DNA from: Octopus sinensis
Lineage: Eukaryota
NCBI RefSeq assembly: GCF_006345805.1
Contig: NC_043014.1
Location: 16,430,001-16,494,000, forward strand
Direction: 5' to 3'
DNA: 64,000 nucleotides
The notes beneath the pieces are model-generated. The model ran no database searches, was not told where the DNA came from, and worked only from the letters and a program-made list of their open reading frames with translations. Of this stretch, positions 38,391 through 48,972 are shown one piece after another (within the stretch, counting starts at the first letter, position 1; every line of letters starts with the position of its first letter). The position numbers and the translations under genes are program-made.

Positions 38391-39462
38391 GGACTCCCTT
38401 GTCATTAGACAACGTATGAGAGTTTGGCAATTTCTTGCTGAAAAACCACACAGATCATTTGTTTGCAGTGATCAAATATTTGTGTTCACATAACCTCACT
38501 CCCTCCATCAGATCAACATTACCTGTACAGGTGCACCACGTGTCACATGTCAGATGGCGAAACGATCACAGAGCAATGTGAAATGAAATGCTCTGCTCAA
38601 AGAACACAATGCAACGTCCGGTCTTGGAATCAAAACCACCATCTTGCAATCGTGAGTGCAACACTGTAACCACTAAGTCATGCACCATCATGATATATAT
38701 ATATATATGTGTGTATATATATGCACAGGCATGGTTGGGTGGTTGAGTAGCTTGCTTTCCATCCATTTGGGTTTGGGTTCATGTGGTACTTTGAGCAAGT
38801 GTCTTTAAACTACCCACTTGGCATGAACAATGTTTGCTTGTCTACATGCCCCCGTAACTTAGCAGTTCAGCAAAAGAGACAACAGAACAAGTACCAGACT
38901 CAGAAAAAAAAATTGTAATAAATACTGGGTTGATTGATCTGTTTGAACTCTTGAAGGCAATACGCCAACACAGCTGCTGCAGTCCAATGAGTGATGTTAG
39001 CAAATGTGTGTGTGTGTATTGCTGTGAGGGTTTTTGCATGTAAACAGATTGGTGGTTTTTTAACCTTTCGCTTTCATATATATATGCTATGTTGGAAAAA
39101 CATGTGAGCACAATTCAGCACAGGAATGATTGTTAAAAATATCGTCTCATACCTTCCACAGTGTACTAGCAAATCCCAACCTTCAATTTACTCCCTTAGC
39201 AATAATCTGCCCCAGACTGCAAGATCAGGATCAACTGCAACAGTTCTTAGGGAAACAGACTTCACACATCACAGACATGGAGTCTTGTCTTGGGAAGCAG
39301 TGATTCAGGATAACATTTTGCAAGCAAGACAAATTCTGACAATCAGAAAGCAGGCATCCAGCCTAAAGAGCAGTAGCAGAATACATACTGATACAGTGTA
39401 GAGGAGGCGCTTCAATTTTGCAATAAAAAAAACTAAAAAAACTGAGTCGAATCAAAGAAAAC

Positions 39463-39499
<37 letters not shown>

Positions 39500-39506
<7 letters not shown>

Positions 39507-39780
39507 AGCACCCCCTTGACTGGCTTCCATGCCGGTGGCACGTAAAAAGCTCCAACTGATTATGGCCGATGCCAGACTCCCCTGGCACCTGTGCCGGTGG
39601 CACGTAAAAAGCATCCACTACACTCATGGAGTGGTTGGCGTTAGGAAAGGCATCCAGCTGTAGAAACACTGCCAGATCAGACTGGAGCCTGGTGCAACCT
39701 CATGGCTTTCCAGACCCTGGTCGAACCGTCCAACCCGTGCTAGCACAGAAAACGGACGTTAAACGATGATGATGATGATA
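39500..39780 (+). mobile_element. RTE-type 3' end repeat (family C)
   Basis: gccggtggcacgtaaaaagc units, ggttggcgttaggaaaggcatccagc and a (gat)n tail. Confidence 0.78.
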
Positions 39781-42317
39781 TATATACATACATACAACAT
39801 ATACAAAATCTGCTGAATCATCATTGTGTTGATGTAAAAATATTCAGTTGTTAAATCAACAAATATGTAAATCAATTGACCTGACCAAAATCTAAGTGGA
39901 CACTTGGATTGTCAAACCAATACCAATATATAAATTAGTTTGACCTGACCTACATCTATGCTGTGGGTCATTCAGAAGTGTCAAACCAACACCAATGTAT
40001 TAGCTGACTTGGCCTACCTCTAAGTATAAGTCACATACACTTGTCAAATCAAAGCAAATATGTAAATTAGTTGACCTGTCCTGCATCTATTCTATGGGTC
40101 ATTCAGCATTAACAATGAGTAAGTGGGGTTTAACAACAAAGCTAACAGCTCAGGCTCCAAGTAAAGAAATAATTTCTAACACAGCTTATTAAGCTGGAGG
40201 TGTCAATTTCTTAGATTAGTCATTATTCTAGTCACCTCTTAGAAGAATAAAAGCTAAAGTCAACCCTGAGGGAGTTTGAACTCAAAATGTAAAACGGGGA
40301 AGGCACAATTTCTGAAGACCTACCAGGTACCTAACTTCCTTATCATAATAACAGTAATCACAACACCAACCTATTATAGGCACAAGGCCTGAAACTTGGT
40401 GGGAGGGAATGGTCAATTACGCTGATCCTGGCACTTATTTCTATCAACTCAAAGACTGAAAGGCCAGGTCAACCTTGGCAGAATTTCAACGCAGAACACA
40501 ATGATGGACGAAATGCTGCTGAGTTTTTTGTACTAATGATTGTACTAATGATTCTGCCGCTCACAGCCACAATTCCTTAAATAACCCTCTCTACTACAGG
40601 CACAAGGTGTGAAATACGGAGGTAAGGGGAATAGTCAATCATATAAACTGGTATTTCATTGATGGTAAAAGGATGAAAGCAAAGTCAACCTTGACGAGAC
40701 TTGAACTCAGAATGTAAAAATGGACGAAATATTGCTAAGCATTTTGTCGCCTTAATAATAAAAATAATAAAAATTCTTTCTAGTGGAAGCACAAAGCCTC
40801 AAATTTGGAGGAAGGCATTAAGTTGATTACATCGACCCCAGGGCGTAACAGGTACTTATTTAATCGATCCTGAAAGGATGAAAGAAAGATGACTTTGGCG
40901 GAATTTGAACTCAGAAATGTAATGGCAAATGAAATACAGCTAAGCATTTCGTCCAGCACAGTAATAATTCTGCCAGCTCACCACTTTAATCTTTTCTACT
41001 ATAGGCACAAGGCCTGAAATTTGGCAGGAAGGGGTTAGTCAATCAGTGCTTGACTGGCACCTATCTCATCGACCCTGAAAGGATGAAAGGCAAAGTCAAG
41101 CTTGGTGGAATTCGAACTCAGAACACAATGGCAGACGAAATATGGCTACGCATTTCACCCGGCGTGCTAACGATTCTGCCAGCTTGTCATCTTAACGATG
41201 ATTTCTAAAATGTGTGCAATTCCATAATTTTCTGGCAGTGATGCGGGTGGAATGGTATGCTTGATTAAATCAACCTTGTGTACTCATTTGGTAGGGACAT
41301 ATTTCCTCGACCTTTTGCTGACTTTGGCGAGAATTGAACCCAAAACTACAAATCATTTTTGTTTACCACTTTGCCAATACAGTCAACTATTGGCCCAATA
41401 TGAATTATGTGATTAATATGAGTAAAATAATTATTTCTTTTATCTTCCACACGGGTGGCGGCAAATAACTACGTAATTATATAATGCACTTCAATTAGTA
41501 TTTCACGTCCAAAATTAAAGGAAAAAAAACACGTCAGTTTGTCTACTGGGTTATATAATTAACATTATTATTCTATACGTGGGGGTGGGTTGTCAGAACC
41601 GCTGGAGTGCCAGACAATATATTCAACTATTTAGTTACACCCAGAGTTCAAATATCCACACACACACACACACACACACACATAAACAGTGATTCCGACC
41701 AGGGTCTGTGTGCATGAGCGTGTGTGTGATGGGGGTATGACTGCCGACGGGTGGATTGATGGAATGTAAGGACTCTGCATTACCTCTTAAAAAAAAATTA
41801 CTGGCATATATAAAATAATTTAAATCGACTAAAAATCTTCGATAACAGAGCTCCAGTATGGCCATAGAGCAACCAGTAAAACAGAAGCAGGCGTGGCTGT
41901 GTGGTAAGAAGCCTACTTCCAAACCACATGGTTCTGGGTTCGGTCCAACTGCCTGACACACCTTAAGGAAATGTCTTCTGTTAAAGCCCCGGGCCGACCA
42001 AAGCCTTGTGTGCGAATTTGGTAGCTTGTGTAAATACATATACTCGTTAGTGTGTTTATTTATATACCAGTCACTCAGAAGCTCGGCAAGAAGGAACTTA
42101 TAGGAAGAATACTAGGTTTAGAAAAATAAGTGCTGGGGTCGATTTGTTCGACTAACCCTTCCAAGGAAGTGCCCCAGCATTTCCGCAGTCTAAATGATTT
42201 AAACAAGATATCTACATTTAAAAATGCTTCGTATGTGTGCGTGTGTGCATATTATTATTACTAGTGTGCGCGCGTGAGTAATAAGTTTCTATGATATAAT
42301 TTATGTGTATAACATTT

Positions 42318-42359
<42 letters not shown>

Positions 42360-42548
42360 CTTTGGTTACCAAATCGTGTTACGTTACACTCACGTCATTT
42401 GTACGTTTGCATGTCACACGCATAAATACACATAATGCGACTCACAAAAAGCTTTCAGCCCTGGAGCCAAGTCTATAACTCCAACCCCATATGTGTGTGT
42501 ATATATATAATAGTCAATATAATCCCATTGTAAGTTTAACTATATATT

Positions 42549-43095
42549 TCTTTATTGCCCACAAGGGGCTAAACATAGAGGGGACAAACAAGGACAGACA
42601 AAGGGATTAAGTCGATTACAACGACCCCCAGTGCGAAACTGGTACTTTATTTATCGACCCAGAAAGGATGAAAGGTAAAGTCGACCTCGGCGGAATTTGC
42701 CGAGGTCGACTTTACCTTTCATCCTTTCGGGGTCGATAAATTAAGTACCAGTTACGCACTGGGGTCGATGTAATCGACTTAATGCCTATGTCTGTCGTTG
42801 TTTGTCCCCTCTATGTTTAGCCCCTTGTGGGTAATAAAGAAATAGGTATTTCGTCTGCCGCTACGTTCCGAGTTCAAATTCCGCCGAGGTCGACTTTGCC
42901 TTTCATCCTTTCGGGGTCGATAAATAAAGTACCAGTTTCGCACTGGAGATCGTTGTAATCGACTTAATCCGTTTGTCTGTCCTTGTTTGTCCCCTCTATG
43001 TTTAGCCCCTTGTGGGCAATAAAGAAATATATAGTTAAACTTCGCTAAGCATTTCGCCCGGCGTGCTAACGTTTCTGCCAGCTCGCCGCCTTAAA
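42549..43095. mobile_element. SINE family B cluster with a fold-back palindrome (42549-42845), a tandem unit and an inverted head
   Basis: A minus copy joins a plus copy at gtcgacctcggcggaatttgccgaggtcgac; a second plus unit covers 42846-43028 and a minus head 43045-43095. Confidence 0.85.
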
Positions 43096-44463
43096 CCGTG
43101 ACTATAAGACAAAGTTCTAACCTACAGCAGGTCGGTTAAAACAACGTGTATAAATATAAAATGTAATAATATATTCAATCACACACACACACAAAACTAA
43201 GTAGGTCTTATCACGACGCGGAATACAATTAAGAATTTAAAAGATTTGGACAGAAACTTATAGAAAGACTTCGTATGTGATATGGAGATAGCTGGACTTT
43301 GTGATGGCGAAGATAATCTATTTGTTACTATTCTCTCTTCCTCACTCAGCCGGACGTCATTCATACACAAATTCCGTGTGTGTGTGTGTACAACAAAGTC
43401 TATATTGAACTTTGTGACGATCGTTGGATATGGTGTACTCAAAACATGAGTTAGACCTGTAGTAGATATTATAGCCTCTCTCTCTTCACCAACTGGAACA
43501 CTGTTCAATGAAGCCACCGCATACATACATATGGATACACACCACAAGAAATACATGCGGACATGCCTCAACTTAGGTAGTTCCGAGGTACCTATTTTTC
43601 AATGACTTGTTGTTCCTTTGAAGAAAAGAACGGAAAAAATAAACCTCAACTGCAGTCGATTCATCCGTTCTCGGCAAACATTAAAAAGCATATAAATTTG
43701 AAAAACAAAACAAAAAAAAACACTTAAAAACCAATGCTTCAGAGAAAAAGTCACTAAAATACATGTGAAAACTTGTACAAATCATTTATTAAAACATACA
43801 GGCTAAGAATTTTGAAATGCTTTTCGTTTAGGGATCTTTAGCCGCATGTTCTGGAACCAACTGTCGATGAAAAGTGAGGCGTGCTCCTGTGTATGTGTAA
43901 GGATATATGTGTGCTTGCGTTCCGGTGTTGTTTCCTTTACACATGGAAAGCGAAGCAGATGTGATAGTATAGTAATACACATCGCTTTGTCTCTTTTTAA
44001 GTTTCAGTCACGAGATTCTGATCACGATGAGGTACAACAATTAAAAATTTCACGGATCATAGCAATCCGTGTACTTATCGTTCCCTATTTGACGAACAGC
44101 AAAGTTACGAGACAATGTTAGCAGGTTAGAGAAGTTAGTGTGGGTGTAACCTGATGTCATAAGAATCTCTAAATTTCCGAAAGAACGTGAAGTCATTTTT
44201 TGGAACAATGGATCTCGAAGCACTTAAAGCTATAATCGCATGCAAATATTGGGTTGAAAAACCCCCTTCGATAGAAAAGGTTGAAGGCTGCTGCGCACTG
44301 AAATCCACAGTTCCAATATATACATATCCCTACACATTTTTTTTCCCTCCTCAATCTTTTCTGTCTTTGACTTTTACCATTCTTCTCGAGAGTCAAACTA
44401 AAACACCTACTTGTTCCCGTCACCTGTCTTCGCTTTTTGTTTTCTGTAAATAGGAACTATATA

Positions 44464-44593
44464 CAGGGTGATTCAAAAGTCACCATACATAAGAACAATT
44501 TTTTTTTTATAAGAAACAGTTTTTTAAAAATTTAACTGTTTCTTATAAAAAAAATAAATTTTTCCTATGTATGATGATTTTTCAATCACCCTG
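44464..44593. mobile_element. Tc1/mariner-type MITE
   Basis: TA|cagggtgattcaaaagtcaccatacat … atgtatgatgatttttcaatcaccctg|TA; the interior is also palindromic. Confidence 0.82.
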
Positions 44594-44616
44594 TATAAAT
44601 TTTTTCTCTCCTTGTT

Positions 44617-44654
44617 TCTTTCTGTGGAAGAGCGTAGGCTCGAAACGTAAAAGA
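44617..44654 (+). ncRNA. Minimal hammerhead-like motif (family H2) in a repeat at about 44597-44745
   Basis: TCTTT-CTGTGGA-A-GAGC(GTAG)GCTC-GAAAC-GT-A-AAAGA. Confidence 0.62.
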
Positions 44655-44766
44655 CTTTTTCAATTCCTGAGCGTTATACTAATACATCTGTTTGTTTTCT
44701 ACACCACCTGTCTTCGCCTTTTGCTTTTTTTCGTGAATTCTCCCTATATATATATATATATAGGGG

Positions 44767-44798
<32 letters not shown>

Positions 44799-44979
44799 CA
44801 CAGAGACAGAGAGAGACGGAGGGAGGGGAAGGTACAGTGTCCGAATAGCGACATAAAGAAGGACCTCCAGTGCGAACCAGAAAATAGATGTTTATACATG
44901 CGTCCATAATATATAGTTTCAACATACATGGAACAAAAAAAAATTAACCATCTTATACAACATGAAATACATATGTAAG

Positions 44980-45034
<55 letters not shown>

Positions 45035-45067
45035 GCACGTGTTGTGTGTGTATATATATATATATAT

Positions 45068-45185
45068 ACTTTATTTAAAGCAGCAGAAAATTCAACAAAA
45101 CCTGTTACTCTGAGTTTCCCGTTGCCGTTCATCGGACAGTTTTTGCTAGCAAAAACTGTCTGATGAACGGCAACGGGAAACTTAG
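45068..45185. ncRNA. Palindromic repeat carrying head-to-head hammerhead-like motifs (family H1)
   Basis: Arms 45110-45147 and 45148-45185 are centred on gctagc. The plus arm is CTGT-CTGATGA-ACG(GCAA)CGG-GAAAC (truncated); the minus arm is complete but has a CCGATGA core. Confidence 0.6.
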
Positions 45186-45222
45186 AAAAATATAGCTAGA
45201 TAATTTTGTTTTTTCTTCTTAC

Positions 45223-45447
45223 CCTTATCTGGCGTTTATGTCCTTGTATCTGGGGGCCGACCGTAAACGGGTACGTAATGTCAACTTCCTGCTTATATGT
45301 TTGGTGGACGGTGAGAAATTTCAATGTCAGCTGTCTCCTATGACTATAACCATGTCCACTCATAATAGCTAAACGAAATTTAACAGAACATTGCTTATTG
45401 TTCACATCGCTTGTCTGGTACGAAATCCCAATAAAACACTTTCCCAT
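45223..45447 (-). CDS. Candidate 225-bp phase 0-0 exon of an unknown gene
   Basis: Acceptor ttcaccttttag| and donor agg|gtaaga enclose an open 75-codon frame; no family is recognised. Confidence 0.3.
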
Positions 45448-45474
45448 CTAAAAGGTGAATTTTTGCCTTGTATA

Positions 45475-45673
45475 CGAGGGGTTGCTGAAAAGTTCCTGGC
45501 TTTGAGTAAAAGGAAATACAGAAGGATCAGTTGGTTATGATTTTATACAATGTATATTGTATTGTTAACAGTCCTTCAGCTTTTCTAGGCCCTGTACGAG
45601 ATCTCGGAAGGTTGAGCCTCCAGCCAGGCCTTTCGCGACACCCTAGAGGCGGGAATTTTTCAGCATCCCCTCG
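45475..45673. mobile_element. Mariner-type MITE
   Basis: TA|cgaggggttgctgaaaagttcc … ggaatttttcagcatcccctcg imperfect terminal inverted repeats. Confidence 0.7.
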
Positions 45674-45990
45674 TGTGTGTGTGTGTGTGTGTGTAACAAA
45701 ACAGGAGGTATATTTCCACGCAGGAAAAAATTTAGGAAAATTTGTTGTTGAAAATGCACCTAAATTTGAAAAACTTGTAATTGTTTTTAAATAAATATAT
45801 ATACACACATACCAAACTAGTTTCAACGCTATTTTTTGTTTGTCAATGGTAAAAAATTTAAATTATGAATTAGGAAAACATGTTTAAAAGTTTCAATAAT
45901 ATCAAATATAATTAAAATATTCATAACATTCAATAATATAAAAATTGTGGATCATCTTGTTTAACTGCACAAAATTCAATAAAGTTAGAA

Positions 45991-46029
<39 letters not shown>

Positions 46030-46031
<2 letters not shown>

Positions 46032-46230
46032 CCGCGTGTGTATCGTTGGCGATTTTTTTCCCGTCTTCCCTTCCTTGGATCTTTCCTTTTCCTATGTTTC
46101 TCACGAAGAGCTCCGCTCGACACGTTAAATCCCCCTTCTTTCTTTCCTTTCTTGAGCGTCCAATAACACTATACTTGTTCCACGTCCTCGCATTGTTGTG
46201 TTTTCTCTTTGTCGTTTCATGTTAGGATTA
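46030..46230 (+). mobile_element. Penelope-like short repeat with a degenerate hammerhead (46097-46129)
   Basis: ttt-CTCACGA-A-GAGC(TCC)GCTC-GACAC-GT-T-aaa; a related reversed, truncated copy lies at about 53670-53775. Confidence 0.45.
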
Positions 46231-46450
46231 ACTATATATATATATTACGGAGATGTACTTGCATAGCGAGTGACTTGATCTGAAATCGTATGCTGGAACG
46301 AAAACAATTGCAGCGTGGAAGGTGTTTATAAGCCATTTAAGAAACACACAAAAACCGTTAGATTCACTTCAACATTTAATTTAATTTGTCAAAATATTTT
46401 CGTCGCTTTGAGACTGCGACTTGTTCACTGACAAAACTTCGTGCTGCATC

Positions 46451-46510
<60 letters not shown>

Positions 46511-47089
46511 AAACAAACCCTTATCTGCCGTTTTCTTTCGTTTTCAGGATGATAGGCTGCAATCAGGTGGCGGGGTAGCAGAATCGTTAATGAAGATGAA
46601 CAAAAAGATTAGCAATATTTCTTCCGGTTCTTTACCTTCTGTGTTCAAATGCCGCTTTCATAGTTTTGGGGCCGATAAATTAGTTCTAGCTGAGCACTGG
46701 AGTCGATGTCATCGACTTCACCCCACCTAAAAATTGCAGGCTTTGAGCCAAAATTAGAAAAACAAAATTAAAAATTAGGAAGCTGTAATTTGAAAGACAC
46801 TAACTGCCATTTCTAGCATACGGAACATTCACATGCATTTTGCCATTAACCCCGTCAAGGATTTAGAAATTTATAAATATCGGTTATATGCTATATTCAG
46901 TTCAAATGACAAACTTCTGGATCTGTTCCAACTTTAGAATTAGTCGAGCACTAATGGAATCGTACTGATAGCTATTTAATTTCACTTTACATTCCGAGTT
47001 TAAATACTGACGGCGCTGACATTGACTTTATTATTCCTGTATTAGTAAAATGAATACCAGTCATATACTAGGATTGATATACGCATATA

Positions 47090-47580
47090 CAGGGTCAGGC
47101 AAAATGATCTGACACATCTGTAGGTTAAATAAAAGGCAAATGAAGTAAAGAAACAAAAAAGTTTTTTTATTTTTGAAAAGTACATATAATGCCATTTTGT
47201 TTCATTATGTTTAAAAAATTAAATCAGTCAAATGGGATCCATTATTGTCCACACACTGTCGAAGGCATTCACGAAAGTTGTCAATAACTCGGCGGGTAAT
47301 TTCATGTGGAATGGCAGTAATTTCTTGACGAATTGCATGTTTAAGTTGTTCAATAGATCGAGGGCGATTAATGTATACCTTTGACTTGAGGTATCCCCAG
47401 AGAAAAAAATCGCACGGATTTAAATCAGTTGAACGGGCGGGCCAACCGATGTCACCACACAATGAGATCAAATGACCAGGGAACATATTCCTCAAAATCC
47501 CCATCGCACGTCGAGAAGTGTGGGCTGTTGCCCCATCCTGTTGAAACCAAACATTGTCCATATCGTGGAGCATATTCAAT
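47090..47580 (-). mobile_element. IS630-Tc1-mariner DD41D (rosa/Visitor-type) transposon, 3' fragment
   Basis: WFQQDGATAH…WPARSTDLNPCDFFLWGYLK with 41 residues between the second and third catalytic Asp; terminal TA|cagggtcaggcaaaatgatctgacac. Confidence 0.85.
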
Positions 47581-47914
47581 TTTGGCCTGAGAAAAGTCTC
47601 TGATTTAAATCCGTTCGATTTTTTTCTCTGTGTCTTCTGCTATAGCCCCGGGCCGACCTATGCCTTGTGAGTGGATTTGGTAGACGGAAACTGAAAGAAG
47701 CCCGTCGTATATATGTATATATATATGTGTGTGTGCGTGTATGCTTGTGTGTCTGTGTTAGTCCCCCTAGCATTGGTGTGTTTACGTCCCCGTTACTTAG
47801 CAGTTCGGCAAAAGAGACCGATAGAAAAAGTACTGGGCTTACAAAAGAATAGGTCCCGGGGTCGAGTTGCTCGATTAAAGGCGCGGTCGAATGACTGAAA
47901 CGAGTAAAAGAGTA

Positions 47915-47947
<33 letters not shown>

Positions 47948-47986
47948 GCATATGTGCATGTGTATGTGTGCGGTAAAAATAAAATA

Positions 47987-47990
47987 ATAA

Positions 47991-48021
<31 letters not shown>

Positions 48022-48264
48022 AAGAAGAAGAAGAAGAAGAAGAAGAAGAAGAGAAGAAGAAGAAGAAGAAGAAGAAGAAGAATAGAAGAAGAAGAAGAAG
48101 AAGAAGAAGAAGAAGAAGAAGAAGAAGAAGAAGAAGAAGAAGAAGAAGAAGAAGAAGAAGAAAAAGAAGAAGAAGAAGAAGAAGAAGAAAAGAAGATAAG
48201 AAGAAGAAGAAGAAGAAGAAGAAGAAAAGAAGAAGAAGAAGAAGAAGAAGAAGAAGAAGAAGAA
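47987..48264. repeat. (AAT)n(AAG)n microsatellite, about 280 bp
   Basis: Direct inspection. Confidence 0.97.
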
Positions 48265-48868
48265 GAAGCTCAGGACTCAAAGCAGAGACAGAGGGATTTT
48301 TAATTGCAGCACAACACCAAAGCCTCCCCACCAGAAATTACCAAAAGCATGTAATGAAAAGAAATATTACAAGTAACTGCAGAATATGTGGAGATGGACA
48401 AGAAACAATAAATCATATTATCTCTAGCTGCCCAGTCCTGGCTAAGAAGGAATATATTCACAGACATGACAAAGTTGGAACCTACATACATTGGAAGCTA
48501 TGTCAACATTATAGAATAACAACAGAAAAAAGATGGTATAGGCACACACCAGAAAAGGTCACAGAAAACGAGAAAGCAACCATACTCTGGGATATGCCGA
48601 TACACACAGATAGAGAAATTAAGTCCAACAGACCAGATATAGTTGTCAGAGACCATGAAGAAAAAAAATGCTTTCTAATTGATGTATCAATACCGGCTGA
48701 TGACAACGTGTCTCTAATAGAAATGGAGAAACTCTCAAAATATAAAGACCTGGAAATAGAGGTAACTAGAATGTGGAATCTGAAAACAGAAACAATTCCT
48801 ATCATAGTAGGTGCATTAGGCATGATAAAAAAATATTCAGACAAATGCATAACAAAAACATAAAACTA

Positions 48869-48871
<3 letters not shown>
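48265..48871 (+). mobile_element. Short R4/Dong-type unit 1 (zinc knuckle + restriction-like endonuclease)
   Basis: CRICGDGQETINHIISSC, RPDIVV, LIDVSIP, EKLSKYKDL. Confidence 0.9.
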
Positions 48872-48952
<81 letters not shown>

Positions 48953-48972
48953 TAATAATAATAATAATAATA

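Noticed and set aside
39850-40110. Degenerate roughly 60-bp repeats (…ttgacctgacc…gtcaaacc…)
   Set aside because: An old minisatellite with no ORF or structure that could be supported.
43197-43571. 124-aa minus-strand ORF as a gene
   Set aside because: No recognisable domain or clear splice pair, and it includes a (CA)n tract; kept only as part of the promoter-like island finding.
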